From: a virus
Taxonomy: Duplodnaviria > Caudoviricetes
DNA: 58,190 bases
Strand: one strand, 5' to 3'
IMG/VR virus record: IMGVR_UViG_3300027861_000036
Location: 1 to 58,190 of that record
Every line of letters begins with the position of its first letter. Within the stretch, counting starts at the first letter, position 1. A model generated the notes under the pieces. The model ran no database searches, was not told the origin of the DNA, and saw nothing but the letters and a program-made list of their open reading frames with translations. The translations under genes were made by a program, and so were the position numbers. Below, one piece after another: positions 19,225 to 30,900 of this stretch.

Positions 19225-19803
19225 ATGGCTGATAAACATATTTTAAGCTTAGAGGTCCCTTTAGTAACAAATTGTGAGATATTGACTATAAGAGATACAA
19301 GTCAATATACACCATTATTACCTGTAGATTGTCCTGAGTTATTAATAACAACACCGGGGTTTAACACTGCTTCACTAATTAAGTTGGATCAGTTTTTTCC
19401 TATTCAAACCTCATCTTTTGATATTAATATTTCAGCTTGCCATTTAAACTTACAAACAATAAATTGCGGGACAGAAAGATCTCCTTTACCAGATGGTGTA
19501 TACATAATTAAATATAGTGTAGCACCAAATGATAAAGTCTATGTTGAGTATAATCACTTGAGGATTACCAGTTTAATAAATATGTATTACGAAGTTTTAT
19601 GTGATATTGATTTAGATACATGTGAACCTTTTAGTGCAAGAAAAGACCTTATTGATGAACTTCAGTACATTAAAACATTAATTGATGGTGCTGTATCAAA
19701 AGTTGAATTTTGCAATAGCCCTCATTTAGGGATGGATATGTACAATTATGCATTAAAAAGATTAAACAAAATAACCTGTATGACAACAGGTTGTTGTGAG
19801 TAA
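19225..19803 (+). CDS. Virion structural protein (Ig-like N-part, helical C-part)
   Basis: LPDGVYIIKYSV beta motif; located in the structural module. Confidence 0.6.
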   Translation: MADKHILSLEVPLVTNCEILTIRDTSQYTPLLPVDCPELLITTPGFNTASLIKLDQFFPIQTSSFDINISACHLNLQTINCGTERSPLPDGVYIIKYSVAPNDKVYVEYNHLRITSLINMYYEVLCDIDLDTCEPFSARKDLIDELQYIKTLIDGAVSKVEFCNSPHLGMDMYNYALKRLNKITCMTTGCCE

Positions 19804-19813
19804 AACCAACGTT

Positions 19814-20002
19814 ATGAAATGCAAACATTGCAATAAAGGCTTTAGTTGTGGATGTCAAAAAACTAAAGCTGCTGATGGTAATATAGTGCACAAAGGTTGT
19901 GTGCGGCAATATAATGCTTCTAAAGGAATCAGGCATGTTACTAATGATACGCTGACAAATTCCATAAATAAAGCAAATTTAAATTTATCAAACAGAAGAT
20001 AA
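19814..20002 (+). CDS. Small Cys/His-rich protein
   Basis: MKCKHC....CGCQ...HKGC; ATG 19814 is preceded by AAAACCAAC (track start is a GTG at 19796). Confidence 0.65.
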   Translation: MKCKHCNKGFSCGCQKTKAADGNIVHKGCVRQYNASKGIRHVTNDTLTNSINKANLNLSNRR

Positions 20003-21076
20003 ATGAGCAGTATAGTTAAGAAAATAGAGGTAGAACAAAAATTTGCACAGGCTGTCTACAAAGATTTTAAAGCTAAAAGATTTGGCTTAACTCCATGCTG
20101 TTATTATGATCTTGAAAAGATTAAAATTAAAAAATACCTTTGTGATTACCAAGAACAAAAAGTTCTTGATGATGCTCTTTTACCTACAGAAGATTTAGAT
20201 ATAATTAATGTAGATTGTGATGATTTACCTGTGCAGCCAATCCCAACACCTCCTGATGATACACCAATAGTAGAACCAACTGAAGCTTGTAGAAGTATTC
20301 AAATAAATGGTTTTGACCAGCGTGTATTCCTTGACGGAACTACCAATGCTTATTCATTATTTAATTACCAGCAAACTCAAAGTCATTCAACCTGGGTAAA
20401 GTTTCCTCCTCTTGCACCTGTTGGAGAAAGACAAGATGAAATATTTATTCTTTTTAGTAGGTATTATTTATCAGGTACGGGTGAACCAGGAGATTATGGA
20501 TTAGGAATAGCTTATTTTAGAGATTATGATGTGTTAGGTAATGTTACAGGATACTTTTTGTTTATACTTAGCAACCAAGTAAATGCAAACCAATTTCTTT
20601 ATAAAGAAATTTTTTATGATATAACAACAACAGATTGGTTTAATATAACTCTTACGACAGATGCTGATGACCCAAATAATACAAAATTTTATGTTAATGG
20701 TGTTGAAATAACATCTGTTGTAACAAGTTTCTCTAGCTTAGTGTCAAGTATAGGATATAATAATGAAGATTATGAAATAGGTTCTATAACAAATACAGGA
20801 CCTGAAAGACCTGATATATATACAGAGTTTACAGTTCATTCACATAGAGTTTGGAATACTATTTTATCTCCTGCTGAAATTGTCAGTGAATATAATTTAG
20901 GATTTAAAAGACTGGTTCCTGTCTTAGATGGGAATTGTGTTATAGATATACAATGTTCTGCTTCAGTTTGGAATGGTTCAGAATATGTTGTTCCAGAAAA
21001 TAAATTACCAACATCATGGTTTACAGAAAATGCTTTGCAAACAGATTTAGTTAACGATTGTCCACAAGGAATATGA
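20003..21076 (+). CDS. Structural protein with a C-terminal LamG/concanavalin A-like domain
   Basis: [26 protein letters not shown] and [17 protein letters not shown], after a Pro/Asp linker. Confidence 0.75.
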   Translation: MSSIVKKIEVEQKFAQAVYKDFKAKRFGLTPCCYYDLEKIKIKKYLCDYQEQKVLDDALLPTEDLDIINVDCDDLPVQPIPTPPDDTPIVEPTEACRSIQINGFDQRVFLDGTTNAYSLFNYQQTQSHSTWVKFPPLAPVGERQDEIFILFSRYYLSGTGEPGDYGLGIAYFRDYDVLGNVTGYFLFILSNQVNANQFLYKEIFYDITTTDWFNITLTTDADDPNNTKFYVNGVEITSVVTSFSSLVSSIGYNNEDYEIGSITNTGPERPDIYTEFTVHSHRVWNTILSPAEIVSEYNLGFKRLVPVLDGNCVIDIQCSASVWNGSEYVVPENKLPTSWFTENALQTDLVNDCPQGI

Positions 21077-21315
21077 CAAATAGAATATTTATAGTAGATT
21101 CATCAGATCCAAATCTTGCCATAATTATAACTTATTGTGTACAAGACTTGGGTACATGCAGAGAAAGAAAAGACGGTTTAAAAAAATTAGTTTATCTTTA
21201 TCCTTATGATGAGATAAACCATCCTGAGTTATCCGGATATGTAGAATATACTAAAGAACAAATGAAGTTGTTTTTAAATGATGAGGATTGGACTGGTAGT
21301 TTTCAACTCACTTAA
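21073..21315 (+). CDS. Small hypothetical protein coupled to the LamG gene
   Basis: ATGA overlap with the upstream stop at 21073-21076. Confidence 0.6.
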   Translation: MTNRIFIVDSSDPNLAIIITYCVQDLGTCRERKDGLKKLVYLYPYDEINHPELSGYVEYTKEQMKLFLNDEDWTGSFQLT

Positions 21316-21339
21316 ATTATAACACATAAATAAATAAAC

Positions 21340-24300
21340 ATGTTACCTATAAATAACAATAACCAATCTCCTTGTGTACCCGTATCTTCTAACTGTGTTA
21401 TATGGCAAGGTCCAGATATAGAATGTATTAATTTATGTAATGGTGACACAATAAGTGATGTAGTAGGTAAATTAGCTACAGAGCTTTGTGCCCTTATAGA
21501 TGCAACATGTGAATGTAATCCTGATTTAAGCGGGTTAACTTTAAATTGTTTACCCCCAGGTACTACTTTAGATTTAGACAATGTATTACAAGCAATTATA
21601 GATTATATATGTGCTTTATCTCCAACATCGGGTGATATTCCAATGATAAACTTACCTGTTTGTTTACACTATACAACACCTGCAGGAACTGTAACTCAAT
21701 TACCTCTGTATCCTGAATTTACAGATCTGATAGGTAATACAATATGTAGTATTCTTAGTGATATTGATCTCATTAATAGTCAAATAATATCTATTCAAAC
21801 TAGATTGGGTGTATTAGAAGCCTGTGTACTCCCATGTGCTGTGCTTCAATCAACGCCTGAAGTTATTTCAAAATATTTTTTTCCTGGCATGTTAACTCCT
21901 GTCACTACTTTATTATTAGCTGTAGAATCTTCTTTAGGTTCACTGATAAATGCTGTAGGTAACGTTAATAAAATCAATACAGCAATATCTGCACAAACAG
22001 TAACTTCTGGTACACAATCTTTAACATCCACAGCTACATATGGTAATAAAGCAAGTTGGGTTAAAAATCCATCTAGTCTATCAGAATCTCATCAAGATCA
22101 ATGGGTTGTTATTGGAGATCTTTATGCTGCAGTAAAAGATATTAAGGAGAACTTTGCTAATACAGGTTGTGATTCTATAGATTTTGGGTTTATATATAAT
22201 ATTATTAGAGATGGTTCTAATATACCGGTTAGTTTAAATCTAAATTTTACAAGTAGTTCAATCCCTTCTTCTTATTCAGATTGTGGTGCGGGTACAGAAG
22301 TTATCATAACAGATTCAAATGGATCTTCTTTATCTTCAAGTGTGAATGTAGCTGCATTGCAGAATAACCCTGCGGGTGCAAATATATCACTAACAGGATT
22401 AAATGTATTTAGTTCAATAACTGTTCAGGTTAATTTCTGTGCTTCAGATGATGTAAACACATGTCAGGAAAAAAGTACACAAATAATAGCATTACAGACA
22501 CCTTGCCCCACAAACGTTACTGTTATAAATGTTACAGAGAGTACAGCAACAGTTAACTTTGCAAATAATTTAGGTACAGGTGTTAATTATGAAATAACTA
22601 TAACGGATGTAAATACATTAGTTGTAGCAGGCAGTGCTTCAGTATCACAACCACCTGCTCAAATAACTCAAGTATTTGCAGGATTAGCTGATGGGACAAT
22701 ATATGAGGTTGATATAACTATCACAAATAACGGTGTACCTACAAATTGCTCACCTGTTTTATTTACAACAGCTGGTATAAATTGTGATACGTTTTCTACA
22801 ACAAATACAGGGCTTTCTGGTGTAAATGATATTTATTTAGGATATACAGATGCTGGTGGTATTCAAACACCATATTATTATAATCCTGATTTACAAAATA
22901 TTTTTATTGGTGCACCTGCTGTCCCATTATGTTATTCACCTACAGTAACACCTAACTCTAATATAATTGTTCCAGCAACAGGTGTTGTAACAATGACATT
23001 AAATTATGGATTAGTACCAGGAGTATCAATTGTTATTGAATCAAGTATAGATGGTGTTAACTACACTAATCCTGATGTAGGAGCTGATGGAGTAAGGGTT
23101 TACACATCAGGTGTAACCTCAGGCTCCTTATATTTAAGAATTTACGTTGATTGTACAACCAGTATAAGTGACTATACAATTTTTAGATATGATTTTACAA
23201 CTACACAATGGCTTATACTACAAAGCCCAAGTGATTGCAGGAATGATATTTATGAATCAATAGCAGATGCGTGTCCTGCAGGTGTAAAGGTTGGTAGACA
23301 AACACTAACGTGTGATGGTACTATATACAATATATTTGGTGGAGGTGTTGATTCATATTGGTACTTTATAAGAAAATATGTACGTTCAGGTGTAACATTT
23401 TATGTATATGCCGGATGGACACAAGCAACAGGTGTAACAAGCATATTAGAATGTTGTGCTTGTCCTGCATTTATATTAACTGACCGTGTAAAACTATATG
23501 TTCAAGAAGGACAAACATTAGCGTTTAGTGCACCTTATGTTTTAGGAGATGGTGATCCTATAGTAACAGTAGTGCAAACAACTACAAATGGAACATTAAC
23601 ACAATTAGCTCCAGGATCTAATGCGTTTAGTTATACCAATAATCCTGCGTTTTCTAAATATGCTGATACACTTCAGGTTCAAATAGCACCTCAAACCATA
23701 GGTGATTGTGAAAGTTCAATAGTAACTATACAAATTCAAATAATCCCATGTGATATAAGCATGGAGTATTTGGATCAACCACTTTTTGCATTTATTGATA
23801 CAAATACATATACTGATGTAGAGGGTGCAAATATCAGAACTGCTTTAATAAATCTGATTGCTGATTGGAATGCAATTTGGGGTTATGTTGGTAGTTTATA
23901 TTTCATTCCTACAACAAGCAGTAGATGGCTTGGATATCAAAAAGCTATTGTAGATGATGGAGTTAGTGCTAATTTAAGTGTGGTTCCTGCATGGGCAGCA
24001 TTAGAATTATTACCAACATCATGGTCAGGAGGAGCACCTATTTATAAAAATGGTGTTTTCATGGTTGTATTCAGCAATGAAGCAGCAACTGATTATCATG
24101 ATACAACATTAGCTGCTGGATTTGCAGGTGCTGTTATACAACCGACAGTGGCATATTTAGAAGATGCTAATGCATATGCAGATTCTTTAAATGGAACAAC
24201 AAATACAGCATGGGCTACAGGACTTGGTTTATTTAATAATCAATTCCCTGATGGTTTTAATAGTATATACTTTCCTTTTACAACTAAGTTTTCTACAGGA

Positions 24301-25125
24301 GCAGAAGCAGCTAATATACTAATGAGTCTTGCTGCATATACTGGAGAAATGATACCTCCGAATGAATATGGGGTACATACAATAGTTGATGTATCAGGAT
24401 ATTTAATGCAAGGGTTAGTTCCTTCTACAACAAACCCATATCAAGGAGCTGTACCACCAGCACCGGGACCTCCAATTGAACCTTTATATACACAGGGTTG
24501 GTTAATGTTTTTAGATAATGAATATAGAACTGATACATATGCTAATATTGCAGGAGGTTTAGGAACAGATTTTAGAGATTGGTCAACAAAAATGGGATAT
24601 ACAGCTATACAATGTACAGGCGGTTATACAGTAGCATCTGTAGGAACATTATTATATTTATTTGAAAGATGTGATACGGGGTTAGTAGATCTTGTAGAAA
24701 TTATAACACCAGCTTTATATCCTACGTATGGTTTATCTTACCGTTCAGCTTTAGCAAATAACTCATTAGGTATAGATGTTTGTTTTAAATTTATAGGATA
24801 TGGTGTGGGATCACCTGCCTGGGAGTTATCAGCGTATACAGTTGAACCTGGTTGTGAAACATGCTTTACAGTATTCTTAGTAGAGGATTGTGTAAGTGGA
24901 TTCCAATATAAAGTAGATATGACAGGAGAAGTAGGAGTTACTGTTGGAGATATTTATAAAATCACAAATAATGGGGCAGACTTTATACCAGGTGATGGTA
25001 GAGATGATTGGCTTACAACTGATGCTAAGTGTGTAAGTATTATATCTGGAGAAACAGTTGCTGAACTTTCAACAGTTACTATTCTTGGATTTGCAGATTG
25101 TCCTTTATGTATATTAACATTATAA
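21340..25125 (+). CDS. Cys-rich tail fibre/appendage protein with FN3/Ig-like domains
   Basis: N-terminal Cys-rich and coiled-coil region; FN3-like CPTNVTVINVTESTATVNF...GLADGTIYEVDI; T/G/V-rich. Confidence 0.65.
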   Translation: MLPINNNNQSPCVPVSSNCVIWQGPDIECINLCNGDTISDVVGKLATELCALIDATCECNPDLSGLTLNCLPPGTTLDLDNVLQAIIDYICALSPTSGDIPMINLPVCLHYTTPAGTVTQLPLYPEFTDLIGNTICSILSDIDLINSQIISIQTRLGVLEACVLPCAVLQSTPEVISKYFFPGMLTPVTTLLLAVESSLGSLINAVGNVNKINTAISAQTVTSGTQSLTSTATYGNKASWVKNPSSLSESHQDQWVVIGDLYAAVKDIKENFANTGCDSIDFGFIYNIIRDGSNIPVSLNLNFTSSSIPSSYSDCGAGTEVIITDSNGSSLSSSVNVAALQNNPAGANISLTGLNVFSSITVQVNFCASDDVNTCQEKSTQIIALQTPCPTNVTVINVTESTATVNFANNLGTGVNYEITITDVNTLVVAGSASVSQPPAQITQVFAGLADGTIYEVDITITNNGVPTNCSPVLFTTAGINCDTFSTTNTGLSGVNDIYLGYTDAGGIQTPYYYNPDLQNIFIGAPAVPLCYSPTVTPNSNIIVPATGVVTMTLNYGLVPGVSIVIESSIDGVNYTNPDVGADGVRVYTSGVTSGSLYLRIYVDCTTSISDYTIFRYDFTTTQWLILQSPSDCRNDIYESIADACPAGVKVGRQTLTCDGTIYNIFGGGVDSYWYFIRKYVRSGVTFYVYAGWTQATGVTSILECCACPAFILTDRVKLYVQEGQTLAFSAPYVLGDGDPIVTVVQTTTNGTLTQLAPGSNAFSYTNNPAFSKYADTLQVQIAPQTIGDCESSIVTIQIQIIPCDISMEYLDQPLFAFIDTNTYTDVEGANIRTALINLIADWNAIWGYVGSLYFIPTTSSRWLGYQKAIVDDGVSANLSVVPAWAALELLPTSWSGGAPIYKNGVFMVVFSNEAATDYHDTTLAAGFAGAVIQPTVAYLEDANAYADSLNGTTNTAWATGLGLFNNQFPDGFNSIYFPFTTKFSTGAEAANILMSLAAYTGEMIPPNEYGVHTIVDVSGYLMQGLVPSTTNPYQGAVPPAPGPPIEPLYTQGWLMFLDNEYRTDTYANIAGGLGTDFRDWSTKMGYTAIQCTGGYTVASVGTLLYLFERCDTGLVDLVEIITPALYPTYGLSYRSALANNSLGIDVCFKFIGYGVGSPAWELSAYTVEPGCETCFTVFLVEDCVSGFQYKVDMTGEVGVTVGDIYKITNNGADFIPGDGRDDWLTTDAKCVSIISGETVAELSTVTILGFADCPLCILTL

Positions 25126-25137
25126 AATAAAAATAAA

Positions 25138-25704
25138 ATGGCATGTAATTGTAATAAATGTAATACCAGTAAAAACTGCGGATGCAATGATACTGCACTA
25201 TCAACACCATGCACATACTCTGATTGTAGTGTAGGGTCAGAAAGATGTGCAGATATACAATGTGCTGAATGTGTTAGTTATTGCGGGACTACATTTGAAG
25301 TTGGAACTCTTGGTAGTATATTAAAAATAGAGTCTGGAGAAAGACTAGATTCTATTATACAAAAATTTGCTTTAATCCTTAGTCAAGGATTAGGGGCTTG
25401 CACATCAGATGATGTGCATCATGCACCGTATAATGTATTTGCTACAAATATTACAAATAACTCAGCAACAATACAATGGAATAATGTTTCTACAGATACT
25501 CAAACTTTAACTGTAGAATATTATCAACCAATAATAGGTTGGCAAATTGCTACAAGTGGTTTGGTAAATACAACATTAAGTTATGAATTAATAACGCTTC
25601 TTCCGGCTACAACTTATAAAGTTAGAATAGTATCTTCAGATGCAAGTGTACCTACACCTCTCACATGTTCAAGTGTAGTTATAGTATTTGATACATTACT
25701 TTAG
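25138..25704 (+). CDS. Cys-rich protein with a C-terminal FN3 domain
   Basis: MACNCNKC N-terminus; APYNVFATNITNNSATIQW...LLPATTYKVRI is FN3-like. Confidence 0.75.
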   Translation: MACNCNKCNTSKNCGCNDTALSTPCTYSDCSVGSERCADIQCAECVSYCGTTFEVGTLGSILKIESGERLDSIIQKFALILSQGLGACTSDDVHHAPYNVFATNITNNSATIQWNNVSTDTQTLTVEYYQPIIGWQIATSGLVNTTLSYELITLLPATTYKVRIVSSDASVPTPLTCSSVVIVFDTLL

Positions 25705-25706
25705 AA

Positions 25707-25782
25707 AAACAACAAGGTGGTAGTTGGTTGGTTTTCTATTACTGGTTGGAGGAGTCTTGGCATCAAGGCTCCTTTGTTGTTT
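25707..25782 (+). ncRNA. Three-way-junction small RNA candidate with a UUGGUUGGUUUU loop
   Basis: Closing stem 25707-25715/25774-25782 (9 bp perfect); hairpin 25716-25723/25736-25743 (3 G.U); hairpin 25750-25759/25764-25773 (1 G.U). Confidence 0.6.
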
Positions 25783-25834
25783 ATATAAAGGAGTAAACTT
25801 TTTTAATTATTAATTTTTTTGTAAATTATACCCC

Positions 25835-26398
25835 ATGATAAATAATTATAAAGAACCGGATGTAAAAGGGCCTAGATTTAGGAATAAAAGATTAGGGTTT
25901 TTAAATACAAAAACATTTAATGAATTTAGAAAAGAATTTCCTGCATATAAGAACATTGATAATTCTAAACTAAAGAAAATCATTAAATTATACAACAAAA
26001 ACTTATGGGAAGGAGTAATAGAACATAGGGATGGTGTTGAATTACCTAATTCTTTAGGATATTTATTTATTGGTACATGTCCTCCACCAAAGAATGTAAA
26101 CACAAATTATGCATTGTCAAAACAATATGGCAAAGTACTCAGCAATAAGAATTGGGAAACAGATGGGAATATAGCAAAGATAGTTTATACAAATTGGGCT
26201 GCTAAATATAAGTTTAAACACAGAGAACTTTGGAGGTTTGAAGCATATAGAGACTTTAAAAGAACGGTTGCTAAAACATATCCTGATAACTGGACAAAGT
26301 ACATCTACATGCCAAAAAAGCATAAAATAGCTAATATGTACTATGATAAGACTGCAGAGCAAGAAGCTTTAAAAACTTATAATGAATTTGAAATCTAA
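25835..26398 (+). CDS. crAss-like IHF/HU-fold tail-module protein
   Basis: GVELPNSLGYLFI and F...RDFKRTVAK; position before the ring and muzzle genes. Confidence 0.6.
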   Translation: MINNYKEPDVKGPRFRNKRLGFLNTKTFNEFRKEFPAYKNIDNSKLKKIIKLYNKNLWEGVIEHRDGVELPNSLGYLFIGTCPPPKNVNTNYALSKQYGKVLSNKNWETDGNIAKIVYTNWAAKYKFKHRELWRFEAYRDFKRTVAKTYPDNWTKYIYMPKKHKIANMYYDKTAEQEALKTYNEFEI

Positions 26399-26403
26399 AT
26401 AAA

Positions 26404-27075
26404 ATGGCAACAATAGGAGAAGTAATATCACGTATAAGGGGTCAGGTAAAAGCAGAGGTACAAGATGCTTTTGTTACAGATAGATATATCTATAGCTTAA
26501 TAACAAAATTTGCTCAAGTATTAATGAGGAGGCAGGATTTTGCTAATAAACTTATGAAGTTTAATGCTGTATGGAAGAAGTTGCCTTATGTAGAATTAAT
26601 AGAAGTGGATAAGGTTGAAGCTGATTGTGTAGGTGTTAAATCTGGTTGTACAATAAAAAGAACTAAGGATAAATTACCAGACATGATAGAAGGATATTGG
26701 GGACCGTTAATTAGAACAGTAAGTTCTATTGATGGCTCAATAGAGATTTATCCTACACAACCTGGCACATATACTTCTATAACAAAAACCACATCCTTTA
26801 GATATAACAAGAATAAATATTTTTGGTATCTAAATGGTTATTTGTATTTTCCTAATCTTGATTGGGATGCGGTAAGGGTGGAAGCTGTTTTTGATGATAG
26901 CATAGGTGATTGGTTATGTGATGAAACAGAAGCTTGCATACCAAGATATGAACAAGAAATGAATATACCTGAAGCTTTGTTTGCTGAAATAGAAAGTCAA
27001 ATTTTACCTGTTATGATGAATACATTAAAAATACCACCAGAAGATTCTGATAACAAAATAAATCCACATAGATAA
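26404..27075 (+). CDS. Tail ring/tubular protein
   Basis: T..EVISRIR, TDRYIY and YFWYLNGYLYF motifs; synteny. Confidence 0.65.
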   Translation: MATIGEVISRIRGQVKAEVQDAFVTDRYIYSLITKFAQVLMRRQDFANKLMKFNAVWKKLPYVELIEVDKVEADCVGVKSGCTIKRTKDKLPDMIEGYWGPLIRTVSSIDGSIEIYPTQPGTYTSITKTTSFRYNKNKYFWYLNGYLYFPNLDWDAVRVEAVFDDSIGDWLCDETEACIPRYEQEMNIPEALFAEIESQILPVMMNTLKIPPEDSDNKINPHR

Positions 27076-27959
27076 TGAGTGTATCACATAAATATAGAAC
27101 CTTTGATCAGTTGTTTGAAGATGTATCAATAGATTTTGCTACATATACATTAGAAGGAATGGTGCAACCTCAACAACTTATAAAGGTAGCTACAAGAGTT
27201 AATTATGATTTAGGTCTTAGGATTCACAGAACTAAGCAAGTAATATTAGACATAGAACATGGTAAAGCAAGATTACCTTATGATTTTGCATATTTAAACT
27301 ATGCTTTTAGATGCGGAGAATATACTATAGCTGATAGATTACCATCTGGAACACATGTGGAAACATTTAATGATGTTCCTTATGTTCCCGCACCTGGTGA
27401 GTCAGGTCCTTGTGAAGATCCTGAGTGTAGAGATGTATGTGTTATAAAGACATGCGCTGATACACATGAATATCAATTGGTTCAAAGAATAGGCCCTGTC
27501 AAGTACAGAACGTTTACAGCATTTAGACCTTTAAGGATTAAAACTGTAAATAAATATGTTTGTGATTGCCCTAATATAAATGAACAAGCATATGATATAG
27601 CTGAAATAAAAGATGGTTTTATGTTAACAACTTTTGAAACGGGTAAAGTATATATAAGCTATCAAGGTGCTATGGAAGATAATGAGGGTAATCTATTAGT
27701 GTTAGATCATCCTTATTGTAATGAATATTATGAGTATGCTTTAAAGCAAAGAATATTAGAGAACATGGTATTTGCAGGAGAGAATGTATCTAATCAATTA
27801 GGTTTGGTTGAAAATAGATTAAGAGCTGCAAGGAACAATGCTTTATCTTTTGTTAATACACCAGACTTTAAAGAGCTACAGGAAGTTTGGAGAATAAACA
27901 GAAAAGCACAGTATCATAATTACTATAATATGTTTAAAAGTTACCCAACTTTGGGATAA
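27075..27959 (+). CDS. Tail tubular/ring protein (P22 gp4-like position)
   Basis: ARLPYDF and TTFETGKVYISYQG; directly before the muzzle gene. Confidence 0.65.
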   Translation: MSVSHKYRTFDQLFEDVSIDFATYTLEGMVQPQQLIKVATRVNYDLGLRIHRTKQVILDIEHGKARLPYDFAYLNYAFRCGEYTIADRLPSGTHVETFNDVPYVPAPGESGPCEDPECRDVCVIKTCADTHEYQLVQRIGPVKYRTFTAFRPLRIKTVNKYVCDCPNINEQAYDIAEIKDGFMLTTFETGKVYISYQGAMEDNEGNLLVLDHPYCNEYYEYALKQRILENMVFAGENVSNQLGLVENRLRAARNNALSFVNTPDFKELQEVWRINRKAQYHNYYNMFKSYPTLG

Positions 27960-27965
27960 TACATT

Positions 27966-30900
27966 ATGGCTAAGAAATCTAAGAAGACAACAAATCCAAA
28001 TAATACATCTTCAACAGAGGTTAATCTCTTTACTAAAGGGATGAGTAAAGATGTCAATGCTTCTTTTCAGGGAAAGGAAACATGGTATCATGCAATAAAT
28101 GCATATAATAACTCTGTTGATGGTGATGTTGGTGTAATAGGTAATGAACCAGCTAACTTAGAATGTGCAAAAATACCTTATACAATTATAGGGGCTATTC
28201 ATAAACAAGGTGATGAATGGTATATATTTTCCACAGATGATGTTAATTCAGAGATAGGTCTTTTTAATGATAGTGAGTGTGCGTACACTACTATTGTTAA
28301 TGCTCCGTGTTTAAGTTTTAACAGGAAGTACTTAATAACGGGTGCATCCAAAGAGAATTTTGATTGTACTTGGCAAGTGTATTGGGATGATAATCTAAAT
28401 CCATCAAGAACACTAAATGTAGATGATATACCCTGGATACAAAATGATATTAGCACACCGGGTTCCCCATGTAAAGAGTATCAGGATACAATAATTCTTG
28501 ATTGTGAAAAGATTAGATTAGCTCCTTTAGTTAAAACACCTTGTGTTAAATTAACTAAAGCTCAAGATGGTGGTCAAATAGTAAATGGTTCATATCAGGC
28601 TTTTATTGCATATGCTTTAAATGGTCAGAAGGTAACAGATTATATTGGTGTTTCTAATATCCAAAGTTTGTTTGACCATTCAGAGTTTGCGGGTTCTTTA
28701 AATATAACAATAGAAAATCTTGACCAAAGGTTTGAAGAGTTTGAACTTGTTATATTAAGCAATACTAAAAACCAACATGTTGCTAAAAGAATTGGGTTGT
28801 ATAGTACAGCACAAACAGCAGATCCATCACAAACATCTTTATTGCCAAAAGTAATATCATTAGATTTTATAGATCCCGCTTTAATAAGTACACCATTTCC
28901 AATCCTTTTTAAAAAGAGCCCTGCATATGAAAAATCAGAGGCAATGTATGTTGTTAATGATTGGTTATTAAGACAAGGACCTACAGAACAGTTTGATTTT
29001 AATTATCAACCAATAGCTAATTTAATTAAAACAGAATGGGTTGTAGCTCAATATCCAGCAAGTTATTACTTTAAAGGTGGTAATAAGACAAGTTTTATGA
29101 GAGATGAGCAATATGCTTTCTTTATAAGATGGATATATAATACAGGAGAAAGATCTGCTTCATACCATATTCCAGGAAGACCGCCTAGAACAACCACTAG
29201 TTTTCCAACACCAGGTACAAATCAATTTGGGGAAGTTATAAATGAAACTGATGATGCAATATGTCCAGGGAATTGTTTTCCTACAGAAATGAATTTTCAG
29301 GCGTATAATACAGCCACACTTATAACTGTAAATGCTAGTATACCTGTAGGAGATGGCGGAACTATAATATCAACAGGTGATATGGGTTATTGGGAATCTA
29401 CAGAAAGATACCCTGCAACAAAACCTGAGATATGGGATTCTACTTATATAAACCCTAATACAGGTGTTAATTTAGCTAATACAACAGATACAAGATATGA
29501 TTTATGCGGGCAGCCTATAAGGCATCACAAAATGCCAACAGAAGAGTTACATTCTTCTTTGCATTTATCAACAGAAGATGGTCAAAACATAAGAATATTA
29601 GGTGTACAATTCAAGAATATAATAAGACCTAAGTATAATGATGGTAGTTATATAGAGAATATTGTAGGATATGAGGTTCTAAGAGGTTCAAGAGAAGGTG
29701 CTAAATCTATTTTAGCAAAAGGTATATTCCGTAATATGAGAGAATATACAATACCTGACGCAGAAGATTTAATTGGTGACCCTGTACAAGGAATATATCC
29801 TAATTATCCATATAATGATTTAGATGATGACCAATATTTTCAAGATGATAGGATTAAAACAATAGGGTGTCATGGTTATACTGCTTCTATAGATGTATAT
29901 AAACCATTAGAAGGTTATAGGCAAGATGTATTTACTTTTCATTCTCCAGAGTTAATGTTTAAAAGACCTTTCTTATCTGCACATGAAACAAGGATATATG
30001 GAACATTGCATGGGCAAGCAGAAGGTCAATTTGTACCATCTGAAAAACATCCTAAAAATAAACTTCTTAGGAATGGTGCTATTATTATAGCATCTATAAT
30101 AGGTGTAGGATATGCAATGCAAAAGATAAGAGGTAAAGTAACAAAGAAATCATTACCTCTACAAATGAATAATCAAGGGTTAACATGGCCTCATAGTGGG
30201 CTTGGTACACGTTCAGGTCTTATTTATGAAACTATACTTGGATCAGGTGAAATGAGTGATAAAGGAGGTGGCAATATACTATGGGGAGTAGCGGGAGATG
30301 GATATAGTCCTCATATGCCTGGTGAACAACTTCCAACAAGTATTGCTGGACTTGATAATATAGCTGCTATGGGTGCCGCAGAAGGAGCAATACAAGCGGT
30401 AATAACAGCGTTTCTTACAGGGGAAGAAGGAGGTAAATTTGCAGCAATAGGGGATGGTGGAGAAACAACAACAAGTTTATATGAATCAATGAATACTTCA
30501 CGGTTAGCAGCTGGTGTATTACCCGGTACATTTGGTGCAGGTATGCAGATAGATATAGAAGAAAGTGAGCAAATGGGTGGTCCTGTTGGTTTTAGAAACT
30601 TAACAGGATTCACTGCTTTTCTCACTCACTTTATGGTAGGTACTGATGAGATTATTGAATTGTTTTATAATCTTATTTCATTAAATAATTTTGCATATAA
30701 GCACAACTCACATGGGCAATATACAACGTTTCAAAGAACCCTATTTTCTGATGATAACTATAGAAGAAAGAATATAGATGCAAATTATATAGGAAGTTCT
30801 TTTCAAACTTTTGGAGAAACATCATCATCTTCAGGATTATTTAAAATAAATAATTTATTCAGACCTGATACTGTAGCTATTAATACAGACGGTATTTTAA

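Noticed and set aside
25707-25782. tRNA
   Set aside because: tRNA-sized but has only two arms, with no T-loop GTTC, anticodon arm or CCA end.
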